DNA from: an uncultured bacterium | GTDB taxonomy: Bacteria; Margulisbacteria; WOR-1; O2-12-FULL-45-9 | Assembly: GCA_964568455.1 (NCBI GenBank) | Contig: CAZMPJ010000001.1 | Location: 233,691-297,690 of the forward strand | Direction: 5' to 3' | Length of the DNA: 64,000 nucleotides | Shown: positions 18,800-27,665 of the stretch, in pieces | Position numbering within the stretch: position 1 is the stretch's first letter | Layout of the letters: each line of letters starts with the position of its first letter | Notes under the pieces: model-generated | What the model was told of the DNA's origin: nothing | Databases searched by the model: none | The model's input: the letters and a program-made list of their open reading frames with translations, nothing else | Position numbers and translations under genes: made by a program

Positions 18800-19727
18800 G
18801 TATAAGCAAGAACTGCTGGTTACTGGAGGGACAGGATTAGTTGGTAATGCTTTAAAAAAACTATGTCCGGATGCTATTTTCCTCAATTCAAAAAATTATG
18901 ATTTATCTAAAGAAGATCAGGTTCAGGCGATGTTTGAAAAATTTACTCCTAAAAAAGTTATTCATTTAGCAGCCAGAGTGGGAGGGATTCTTGATAATAT
19001 GAATCATCAGGCTGATTTTTTTGACCAGAATATTCTAATGAATGCCTATGTTTTGCAATATGCGCGTAAATTTCAGGTAGAGCGTTTAATTGCGTTTGGT
19101 AGTAATTGTGCTTATCCCGATGTTGTTGATAATTATCCCATGCAAGAGGAACAATTATATGCTGGCCCTCCAGCCATAACAAATTTTTCTTATGCTATGA
19201 CTAAACGAGCTCTCTTGACGCAAATACAAGCTTATCGTACCCAACACAATTGTGATTTTTTTGCGATTATTCCTTGTAGTTTATATGGGCCAAATGATAA
19301 GTTTAGTGAGAAAAACAGCCACTTTATTCCTGCGCTCATCAAAAAAATTCATACGGCAAAACTTAGAGGAGATAAAGTTATTAAGCTTATGGGGTCAGGG
19401 AAACCTTTGCGGCAATATTTGTATTCTGAAGATTTGGCTAGAATTATTTTGCTGCTTTTAGAAAAACATAAGGACGGGGACTTCATTAATGTGGCTCCCA
19501 AGGAAAACATCTCTATCAAAGAAATAGCTCAGATCGCTTTAAGGGCAATAGAGGCAGAGGATCTGGAGATAGAGTTTGATCCCATGTCTCTGGACGGACA
19601 ATTTAGAAAAGATTTAAGTGCGGATAAACTTCTTGGCATTATTGGTGATTTTAAAGCTACTTCTCTAGAGGATGGAATTAGAAAAACTTATCAATGGTAT
19701 TTTAAGAATGCATATGCCCAAAATTGA
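18792..19727 (+). CDS. GDP-L-fucose synthase (Fcl/WcaG) family epimerase/reductase
   Basis: GGTGLVG, HLAARVGG, SNCAYP, YAMTK, SHFIPALI, GSGKPLRQY. Confidence 0.88.
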   Translation: MIKYKQELLVTGGTGLVGNALKKLCPDAIFLNSKNYDLSKEDQVQAMFEKFTPKKVIHLAARVGGILDNMNHQADFFDQNILMNAYVLQYARKFQVERLIAFGSNCAYPDVVDNYPMQEEQLYAGPPAITNFSYAMTKRALLTQIQAYRTQHNCDFFAIIPCSLYGPNDKFSEKNSHFIPALIKKIHTAKLRGDKVIKLMGSGKPLRQYLYSEDLARIILLLLEKHKDGDFINVAPKENISIKEIAQIALRAIEAEDLEIEFDPMSLDGQFRKDLSADKLLGIIGDFKATSLEDGIRKTYQWYFKNAYAQN

Positions 19728-20535
19728 AGTTGAACTAAAAAATAAAGCTAAATGGGTGCGTACACAATCCATGGAGATGTGTGTTGCTGGTGGAGGTCAT
19801 TTAGTATCTGCTTTTTCTTGTACTGATCTTTTGGTGGCTCTTTATTATGGTGAAATCCTTTGTCTGAACCCTAAAAATTCTGAGTGGGAAGATCGAGACC
19901 GGTTTATACTAAGCAAGGGCCATGCTACTTCGGCATTATATGCAATTTTGGCAGATTTAGGGTATTTTTCTATTAAGGATTTACAAGATTATTGTAAATT
20001 CGGCAGTAAATTGGGTTCGCATCCTGACAAGGTTCTTCCTGGTATTGAAGCTACTTCAGGATCCTTGGGACATGGTTTGGGTATTGCAGCCGGAATGGCT
20101 TTAGCAGCAAAATTAGATCAAAAAGATTACCGGTCAGTTGTACTTATGGGTGATGGAGAGTGTTCTGAGGGTGAGGTTTGGGAATCTGCGCTATTTGCGG
20201 CTAGACACCAACTTAACAATCTTGTTGGTATTATTGATCGCAATCAAATATGCGTTACGGATTTTACTAAAGATTGTATTTGTTTAGATCCTTTAGCAGA
20301 AAAATGGTTATCGTTTGGTTGGGATGTTGCTGAAATTGATGGCCATTCTTATGTTGAAATTCTGAAAGCTTTTAGTGATTTTCGTAATCGAAATAGCAAA
20401 AAACCTTTGATGATCATTGCCCATACTGTTAAGGGTAAAGGGGTCTCTTTTATGGAAAATAAACCCATGTGGCATACTAAAGTGCCGGCTGGCGAGCAAA
20501 TTGCATTGGCCAGGAAGGAATTGGCTTGTGAATAA
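19714..20535 (+). CDS. Transketolase, N-terminal (ThDP-binding) subunit
   Basis: DRFILSKGH, GSLGHG, GDGECSEG, KGKGVSFME, WH. Confidence 0.92.
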   Translation: MPKIEVELKNKAKWVRTQSMEMCVAGGGHLVSAFSCTDLLVALYYGEILCLNPKNSEWEDRDRFILSKGHATSALYAILADLGYFSIKDLQDYCKFGSKLGSHPDKVLPGIEATSGSLGHGLGIAAGMALAAKLDQKDYRSVVLMGDGECSEGEVWESALFAARHQLNNLVGIIDRNQICVTDFTKDCICLDPLAEKWLSFGWDVAEIDGHSYVEILKAFSDFRNRNSKKPLMIIAHTVKGKGVSFMENKPMWHTKVPAGEQIALARKELACE

Positions 20536-21472
20536 CACAGCAATTTCTAAACAGCATATGCGTGATGCTTTTTTTGACCGACTTTATACTATTGCCAAAC
20601 AAGATAAGCGGGTAATTCTTCTGGTTGATGATTTTGGTGCGCCCAGTCTTGATAAATTCAGGCAGGATTTGGTTGACCAATATTACAATATAGGTATTTC
20701 AGAGCAAAGCATGGTTAGCGTTGCGGCAGGGTTGGCGCTTAGCAATAAAATTGTTTATATGTATGCAATTGCTCCATTTGTTACCTTACGCTGTTTTGAA
20801 CAAATTAAAATTGATTTGTGTTTAATGAATCTTCCTGTTACTGCGGTGGGAGTTGGTGCCGGGTTTGCTTATGATACTGCTGGGCCTACTCATCATGCTG
20901 TAGAAGATATCGCGGTGATGCGTATTTTGCCAAATATGAATGTGTTTAGTCCGGCTGATTCAATTGCTGCTGCTGCACTGGCAGAACACTCCTATAAAAT
21001 GCCTGGACCTAAATATATCCGTTTGGATCGAGGGAAAACCCCTCTTTATTATCAAAACCAAGAAGTTGATTTTAACCGAGGTTTATCAGTTGTCAAATCC
21101 GGACGAGATCTTTACATCATTGCTACCGGTTTGATGGTTGGTAGGGCCCTTGAGGTTGCAAGAGAATTAGCTCAGCATTCGATAGATGCTGGAGTAATAG
21201 ATGTTTTTTGCTTAAAGCCGTTTAACCATACTTCTTTCTTAAAATCTATTGAAAAGGTAAAAAAGATAGTTACTCTTGAAGAGCATCTTGTGAGTGGAGG
21301 GCTTGGAAGTATTATTGCTGAAGTTCTATTGGATCATCAGGCAGAGAAACGCTTAAAACGATTGGCTATTGCTGATGAACAGTGTTTTTCTTATGGGGAT
21401 CGAGGTTCCTTGCAGGCTGCTTGCGGGTTAGATGTTGATACCATTATTAAGCAAATAATTTCATGGAATTAA
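20528..21472 (+). CDS. Transketolase, C-terminal subunit
   Basis: GISEQ, RCFEQIK, GPTHH, YIRL, EEH..GGLGS; GTG 20528 after GGAAGGA. Confidence 0.92.
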   Translation: MNNTAISKQHMRDAFFDRLYTIAKQDKRVILLVDDFGAPSLDKFRQDLVDQYYNIGISEQSMVSVAAGLALSNKIVYMYAIAPFVTLRCFEQIKIDLCLMNLPVTAVGVGAGFAYDTAGPTHHAVEDIAVMRILPNMNVFSPADSIAAAALAEHSYKMPGPKYIRLDRGKTPLYYQNQEVDFNRGLSVVKSGRDLYIIATGLMVGRALEVARELAQHSIDAGVIDVFCLKPFNHTSFLKSIEKVKKIVTLEEHLVSGGLGSIIAEVLLDHQAEKRLKRLAIADEQCFSYGDRGSLQAACGLDVDTIIKQIISWN

Positions 21473-21485
21473 AGGAGAACTTAAA

Positions 21486-22418
21486 ATGAAAATTCTAGTA
21501 ACTGGTGGAGCTGGCTATATTGGTGCTGTTATGGTGCCCGAGTTATTATTGGCAGGATACGAAGTTGTGGTTCTTGATAGTTTTATGTATAACCAAAGTT
21601 CATTGTTGGATTGTTGTCATAACCATAATTTAACAATTATTCGTGGCGATGTGAGAGATAAAGATTTAATTGCCCGGGTGATGAAAGATGTTGATGTGGT
21701 TTTTCCGTTAGCCTGTCTAACAGGAGCACCTCTTTGCAAAAAGGATCCAGTGGCGGCAGAAACAGTAATTTTAGATGCACTCAGGATTATGCTTAAAGAG
21801 CGTAGTCCAAATCAAAGAATCATTTTTCCAACAACTAATAGTGGGTACGGAGTAGGTGAAAAAGGTAAATTTTGCACAGAAGAAACACCGCTTAGACCTG
21901 TTTCTCTGTATGGTAAATTAAAAGTAGAAGCAGAAAAAATGTTGCTTGACTCTGGAAACGCGATAACCTTAAGGCTGGCCACGGCTTTTGGTATTAGTCC
22001 TAGGATGAGATTGGATCTTTTGGTTAATGATTTTACTTACCGAGCAGTTTTTGACCGCTTTTTGGTTTTATTTGAAGCTCATTTTGATCGCAACTATGCT
22101 CATGTTCGCGATATTAGCCGAGCATTTATCCACTCGCTTAACAATTTCGATAAAATGAAGAACCAGCCTTATAACATTGGTCTAAGTGAGGCTAATCTTA
22201 GCAAATGGAAGCTTTGCGAAGAAATCAAAAAGCAAGTCCCAGAATTCTATTTTGTCGAGTCGGAGATTGGCGAAGACCCTGATAAGAGGGACTATATCGT
22301 AAGCAATGAAAAGATTGAGAAAACTGGTTTTAAAACGCAGGTTTCTCTTCAAGATGGGATTGCTGAGCTAGTGAAGGGGTATCAAGTTATCAAAAGGAAT
22401 CAATATGCAAATGTCTAA
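21486..22418 (+). CDS. SDR, Cj1427/WcaG-like GDP-heptose C4 dehydrogenase
   Basis: GGAGYIG, GAPLCK, TNSGYG, YGKLK, RLATAFGISPRMRLDLLVNDFTYRA, GEDPDKRDY match the recalled C. jejuni Cj1427 pattern. Confidence 0.8.
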   Translation: MKILVTGGAGYIGAVMVPELLLAGYEVVVLDSFMYNQSSLLDCCHNHNLTIIRGDVRDKDLIARVMKDVDVVFPLACLTGAPLCKKDPVAAETVILDALRIMLKERSPNQRIIFPTTNSGYGVGEKGKFCTEETPLRPVSLYGKLKVEAEKMLLDSGNAITLRLATAFGISPRMRLDLLVNDFTYRAVFDRFLVLFEAHFDRNYAHVRDISRAFIHSLNNFDKMKNQPYNIGLSEANLSKWKLCEEIKKQVPEFYFVESEIGEDPDKRDYIVSNEKIEKTGFKTQVSLQDGIAELVKGYQVIKRNQYANV

Positions 22419-22437
22419 TTTTGGGAGGTGTTTTTAG

Positions 22438-23430
22438 ATGATCATTACCAGGACCCCTTTTCGAATCTCATTTTTTGGAGGTGGAACAGATTATCCTGTT
22501 TGGTATGATGAGAATGGTGGAGCGGTTATTTCTGCTTCAATTAACAAGTATTGTTTTATTACCTGTCGGTATTTGCCTCCTTTCTTTGATTATAAATATC
22601 GTATTGTTTATTCAAAAAGGGAAGAAGTTAATTTACTTACTGAGATTGATCATCCTTCAGTCAGAGAATGTTTGGGTTTTATGAATTTAGAACGGGGGAT
22701 CGAAATCCATCACGATGGCGATTTGCCTGCCCGCACCGGCCTTGGTTCAAGTTCTTCATTTACAGTAGGTTTATTACACGCTTTGCACGCTTTAAAAGGT
22801 TGCATGGTTAGCAAGAGACAATTGGCACTTGATGCCATCCATGTTGAACAGGAAAAAATAAGGGAAAATGTTGGCTCGCAAGACCAAACGGTGGCGGCTT
22901 TTGGCGGGTTTAATAAAATAACCTTTGCCAAGGATAATAATATTTTAGTTCAACCTGTGATTATGGGTCCGGATAGGCTTGAAAATTTTCAAAATCATTT
23001 AATGTTGTTTTTTACTGGGTTTTCTAGAACTGCGTCAGAAATTGCGGAGGAACAGATTAAGCAAACACCCAATAAAAAAACAGAACTAAGGACTATGCAT
23101 GCTATGGTTGATGAAGCTGTGACTATTTTAAGTTCAAGCCGGGATCTTGATGAATTTGGCAAGCTGCTTCATGAAACGTGGAAAATAAAACGCAGTTTAA
23201 CTTCAAAAATATCCAACCCAAATATTGATCGGATTTATGAAACAGCTATTAAGGCTGGTGCTATTGGAGGTAAGCTTTTAGGAGCTGGGGGGGGAGGATT
23301 TATTTTGTTTTTTGTTAGGCCCGAGAATCAGGCTGGCGTTAAAAAGGCGCTAAAGCCTTTATTGCATGTGCCCTTCAAATTTGAAGGCTTAGGTAGTCAA
23401 ATAATTTATTATGGCCCTGAGAATCATTAA
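22438..23430 (+). CDS. hddA: D-glycero-D-manno-heptose 7-phosphate kinase (GHMP kinase)
   Basis: TPFRISFFGGGTD, GLGSSSS, GSQDQ, GGKLLGAGGGG. Confidence 0.85.
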   Translation: MIITRTPFRISFFGGGTDYPVWYDENGGAVISASINKYCFITCRYLPPFFDYKYRIVYSKREEVNLLTEIDHPSVRECLGFMNLERGIEIHHDGDLPARTGLGSSSSFTVGLLHALHALKGCMVSKRQLALDAIHVEQEKIRENVGSQDQTVAAFGGFNKITFAKDNNILVQPVIMGPDRLENFQNHLMLFFTGFSRTASEIAEEQIKQTPNKKTELRTMHAMVDEAVTILSSSRDLDEFGKLLHETWKIKRSLTSKISNPNIDRIYETAIKAGAIGGKLLGAGGGGFILFFVRPENQAGVKKALKPLLHVPFKFEGLGSQIIYYGPENH

Positions 23431-23435
23431 ATAAA

Positions 23436-24653
23436 ATGGATAATGTAAAAAAACAATTAAAAGTTCCTTTTGGTACCATGTCTGTAACTGACGGTGCGAA
23501 AAAACTGGTAACTGAGGTTATGGCATCAGGCAGGCTGACCAGCGGGAAATATGTGCGAGAGTTGGAGCAACAATATGCAGCGCTGATTGGTACAAAAGAG
23601 GCGGTTGCTCTGAGTAGTGGGACTGATGCGGATGTTTTAGCCTTAGCGGTTCTTTATGATTATGGTGCTAAACGAGGGGATGAGATTATAATTCCTTCCC
23701 TCTCTTTTGTGGCTACAGGCAATGCTGTTTTGCACGCTGGATTCACTCCCGTTTTTGTTGATGTTGAGATGGATACTTTAAATATTAACCCAGATAAAAT
23801 TGAAGAGGTGATCACTGATAAGACTAGGGCGATAATGCCGGTTCATCTTATGGGTAAGCCGGCTAAGATGGACAGGATAATGCACATTGCCAAGAAACAT
23901 AAGCTTTATGTAATTGAAGATGCGGCAGAGGCTCATGGGAGTAAATACCAAGGTAAAAATATTGGTTCAATTGGAGATATGGCAGCTTATAGTCTCTATG
24001 CGGCTCACATGATCTCTTCAGTTGAAGGTGGGATGGTAACCACGAATAATTCTGCTTTTGCTGAAATATTGAGATCGCTGCGTTCTCACGGCCGTTCCTG
24101 TTCTTGCCGGCAGTGTGTTGCTAATACTAGTACCCAGAGATGTGCTAAACGCTTTAAGAATGGCATTGATATTCGTTTTGTTTTCGAGCGCATTGGTTAT
24201 TCCTGTAAAATGAATGAGTTGGAAGCGGCAGTTGGCTTGGGAAATATGGAAGATTGGCCTAAGTATCTTAAACAAAGAAGAGCTAACTTGCTTTACTTGC
24301 TTGAACGTTTTGATAAATTTGCTCCACTTTTAACCAGCATTAAGGAGGAGCCTGGAGAATTTATTGGGCCACATGCTTTTCCCGTTATTCTTAGTTCGGA
24401 GGCCAAGTTTACTCGTGATCAATTTGTGGAATATTTAGGTCAACATGGCATTGATACCAGAAATTTATTTTGGTCCATGCCAACCCAATGTTCGGGGTTT
24501 AATTTTTTAGGATATAAACTAGGGCAGTTTCCTGTTGCGGAATACATTGGCCATAACGGGTTACATATTGGCTTGCATCAGGATTTGAATACTGACCAAA
24601 TGCAGTATTTTCTGGATGTAACAGAGGATTTCCTTAGGCAGCACAAAAAATGA
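23436..24653 (+). CDS. DegT-fold His-type sugar 3-dehydratase (RfbH/E1- or ColD-like)
   Basis: SLYAAHMISSVEGG (His at the Lys position), Cys cluster HGRSCSCRQC...C. Confidence 0.75.
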   Translation: MDNVKKQLKVPFGTMSVTDGAKKLVTEVMASGRLTSGKYVRELEQQYAALIGTKEAVALSSGTDADVLALAVLYDYGAKRGDEIIIPSLSFVATGNAVLHAGFTPVFVDVEMDTLNINPDKIEEVITDKTRAIMPVHLMGKPAKMDRIMHIAKKHKLYVIEDAAEAHGSKYQGKNIGSIGDMAAYSLYAAHMISSVEGGMVTTNNSAFAEILRSLRSHGRSCSCRQCVANTSTQRCAKRFKNGIDIRFVFERIGYSCKMNELEAAVGLGNMEDWPKYLKQRRANLLYLLERFDKFAPLLTSIKEEPGEFIGPHAFPVILSSEAKFTRDQFVEYLGQHGIDTRNLFWSMPTQCSGFNFLGYKLGQFPVAEYIGHNGLHIGLHQDLNTDQMQYFLDVTEDFLRQHKK

Positions 24654-25609
24654 ATAGTAAATCAATTAAAAAAAGAATTTTAGTTACCGGTGGCACGGCC
24701 ACTGTTGGTGATGCTATGCAGAATCTGGTCTCGGATTATCCTGAGTACGAATTTTTCTTTGTCGGATCAAAAGATTGTAATCTATTGGATCTGTCTGCTG
24801 TTAAATCCTTTTTGGTAAAAAATAGGATTGATTCAATAATCCATCTGGCAGCGATTAGCGGAGGGATAGAGCTAAGCATAAAACATCCAGCGACTCTATT
24901 AAGAGATAATATTCTAATGAATATTAATGTGCTGGAGGCTGCTAGATTATGCGAGATAAAAAAGGTTGTTATGACTCTTTCTACCGGAATGTACCCGACC
25001 AAGGTAGCTTATCCGATTAAAGAAGAATATATTCATGATGGTGAACCTCATCCGTCTAATTACAGCTATGCTTTTGCTAAAAGATTAGTCGAGCCGATGA
25101 TCAGAGCTTATCGGACTGAATATAATCTTTCGGTTGTTGGTGTTGTGCCAAATGGTATTTTAGGGCCTCGTAGTAATTTTAATACAAAATCCTCCACGAT
25201 GGTACCTGCCTTGATCAGGCGTTTTTACGAAAACAAAGATAAACAATCCAAGATCACAATTTGGGGGGATGGGTCTCCCTTGAGAGAAATTACTTCTGCT
25301 AAGGATATTGCCCGTGCTTGTCTCTGGTGTCTTGATAATTATGATGATCCCCAAATATTGCATATTGGGACAATAGAAGAATTTTCAGTTAAAGAATTTG
25401 CTCATTTAGTTGCCGATATATTGGGAATAGACAAAGAAAGACTTGAATTTGACACTTCAAAACCGAAAGGTCAGCTTAGAAAAAACACAGATAATTCAAG
25501 GTTTACTGAATTATCTAAATTTAAATATACACCAATTAAAGAAGCCTTAAAAGAAACAATAGAATACTTTTGTAAATATTATAAGGAAAAGGGGAAATTA
25601 CGGCTTTAA
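24650..25609 (+). CDS. GDP-L-fucose synthase family epimerase/reductase (second copy)
   Basis: HLAAISGG, YAFAKR, VPALIRRF, WGDGSPLRE, KPKGQ. Confidence 0.85.
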   Translation: MNSKSIKKRILVTGGTATVGDAMQNLVSDYPEYEFFFVGSKDCNLLDLSAVKSFLVKNRIDSIIHLAAISGGIELSIKHPATLLRDNILMNINVLEAARLCEIKKVVMTLSTGMYPTKVAYPIKEEYIHDGEPHPSNYSYAFAKRLVEPMIRAYRTEYNLSVVGVVPNGILGPRSNFNTKSSTMVPALIRRFYENKDKQSKITIWGDGSPLREITSAKDIARACLWCLDNYDDPQILHIGTIEEFSVKEFAHLVADILGIDKERLEFDTSKPKGQLRKNTDNSRFTELSKFKYTPIKEALKETIEYFCKYYKEKGKLRL

Positions 25610-25623
25610 ATTGAGTTCATAAT

Positions 25624-26616
25624 ATGAAATATAGACAACTTGGAAAGACGGGAATAAAGATTTCTGAAATAGGTTTTGGTGCTTGGGGAATTGGTGGTGT
25701 ATCAACCGGGGCTTCTTCATATGGCGAAACGGATGATAACGAATCAAAAAGAGCCTTGCGCCGAGCTTATGAGTTGGGAGTTACTTTTTATGACACTTCG
25801 GATGTTTATGGTTATGGGCACAGTGAAACTTTAATTGGTGAAGAGTTGCATGGGGTGAGGGATAAAATAGTTATTGCTTCCAAAGTAGGATTTCTTGAAC
25901 ACAAAGGGCCGCTTGATCTTTCTTCTCAGCACATAAAAAAATCAATTGAGGAGAGCTTGAAGAGGCTTAGAACAGATTATCTTGATCTTTATCAGTTACA
26001 TAGTCCGCCGATTAATTTAATCGAGAAAGATGAATCCATTATTTCAACACTTCAGTTATTAAAGCGGCAGGGAAAAATTCGTGCTTATGGTATTTCACTG
26101 GCTTTGCCTAATGATGGCGAGAAAGCAATAAAACTTGGTTTTGAATCTGTCCAGGTTAATTTTAATTTGCTAGACATGCGGGCAATTGAAAATGGTTTAT
26201 TTGATTTGTGTGTTAAAAATGAGGTAGGCCTGATTGCTAGAACCCCGCTTTGTTTTGGTTTTTTGACTGGTAAATATAATGCTGCTACACAGTTTGCCTT
26301 AAATGATCACCGTAGTACCTGGTCTGTTGAACAAAGGAAATGCTGGGCCAATGCTTATAAGCTTTTCCTCAAGGCAATTATGGCAAAAGAAAAACAAACT
26401 GCAGTTGATATCGCTTTAAAATATTGCTTGTCGTATCAAGCTGTTTCGACCGTTATTCCAGGGATGCTGCATCCCTCTGAGGTTGAGGAGGATGTAGTTG
26501 CCAGTGCTTTAAAACCGTTTACTGAACAGGAATTGCATGAGCTTGAACAAATTTACCGGCAGAACACATTTTTTCTTGGTAAAAACACTTATGTTATAGA
26601 GGATAAGGTTGAATGA
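25624..26616 (+). CDS. Aldo/keto reductase
   Basis: IGFGAWGIGG, DTSDVYG, SLKRLRTDYLDLYQLH, GKIRAYG. Confidence 0.92.
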   Translation: MKYRQLGKTGIKISEIGFGAWGIGGVSTGASSYGETDDNESKRALRRAYELGVTFYDTSDVYGYGHSETLIGEELHGVRDKIVIASKVGFLEHKGPLDLSSQHIKKSIEESLKRLRTDYLDLYQLHSPPINLIEKDESIISTLQLLKRQGKIRAYGISLALPNDGEKAIKLGFESVQVNFNLLDMRAIENGLFDLCVKNEVGLIARTPLCFGFLTGKYNAATQFALNDHRSTWSVEQRKCWANAYKLFLKAIMAKEKQTAVDIALKYCLSYQAVSTVIPGMLHPSEVEEDVVASALKPFTEQELHELEQIYRQNTFFLGKNTYVIEDKVE

Positions 26617-27665
26617 TTACCATTACAGTAACCACAAAAGATCGTTCTGATTATTTAATTAGATTGCTCAATTATTATGCGGAAGTAGAATATAAACATT
26701 GGATATTTATTGCTGACTCCAGCAATGAACATCATCTCAAGAAAACTAAAGAAGCAATTGCCAGGTTGGAAGGCAAGTTAAAGATTGTCCATCGCGAATA
26801 TCCGGGCAAGATTAATGCGGAGTGTCATAAATATCTAAGCGATTTAATAACTACGCCCTATGTAGCTTTTATTGGGGATGATGATTTTCTTATTCCTAAC
26901 AGTCTTGAAAAGTGCGTGGGTTTTTTGGAGAAAAATCCCCAATATTCATCAGCTCATGGGGCAGCTGTTCTCTTTTCTGCTTATCCGGATGGTCCTTATG
27001 GAGAAATGAGGGGGGTTAGGCAGTATTCTCTTCGAGAAAATAATGCGGAAAAGGCTTCTTTACGGTTGAGTGAATATTTGAATAATTATTTTGTGGTAAT
27101 GTTTGCGGTTCATCGAAGAAAGACGTGGCAGGCAATGTTTAAATATGGCCTTGCGATTAAAGATAAAAGTTTTGCTGATGAGCTTTTGCCTTGTTCTTTA
27201 TCTCTGGTTTATGGAAAAGCAAAAAAACTCGATTGTTTCTATATGCTTAGGCAGGGACATGAGCGGCGCTATTTGTTGCCAACTTGGTTTGATTGGATTA
27301 CCAATCCTAAATGGTTTCTTTCCTATGATATTTTTAGAAAGTCTTTGGCGGAAGGATTGGTAAAGCAAGAGGGGGTTTTACAGGAAGAAGCAAACAAGAT
27401 CGTTGAGCAGGCTTTTTTTGGCTTTTTACGCCGATACCTTATTAGAAAAATTGATCAACCAATAAAGAATCCGGTTCTTAAAATTAGACAAAAGCTTAAG
27501 GAGATAGTTAAGCTTTTACCGGGGATTAGACGATTTTGGAATTTTATTAAGGATTTACGACCTAGAGCAGCTGACGACCTTTCACTTCCCGCTTTATTAA
27601 ATCCAAAATCCAAGTATCATGACGACTTTATGCCGGTTTATCGAATTATTGAGGGGTCGAAATGA
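26613..27665 (+). CDS. GT2-like glycosyltransferase (TIGR00180-type)
   Basis: TKDRSDYLIRLLNYY, IADSS, GDDDF, FAVHR. Confidence 0.75.
   Translation: MITITVTTKDRSDYLIRLLNYYAEVEYKHWIFIADSSNEHHLKKTKEAIARLEGKLKIVHREYPGKINAECHKYLSDLITTPYVAFIGDDDFLIPNSLEKCVGFLEKNPQYSSAHGAAVLFSAYPDGPYGEMRGVRQYSLRENNAEKASLRLSEYLNNYFVVMFAVHRRKTWQAMFKYGLAIKDKSFADELLPCSLSLVYGKAKKLDCFYMLRQGHERRYLLPTWFDWITNPKWFLSYDIFRKSLAEGLVKQEGVLQEEANKIVEQAFFGFLRRYLIRKIDQPIKNPVLKIRQKLKEIVKLLPGIRRFWNFIKDLRPRAADDLSLPALLNPKSKYHDDFMPVYRIIEGSK

Noticed and set aside
23287-23294. G8 tract in hddA as a phase-variation site
   Set aside because: Falls in the conserved GAGGGG Gly loop, frame intact; explained by codons, although read-level variation was not checkable
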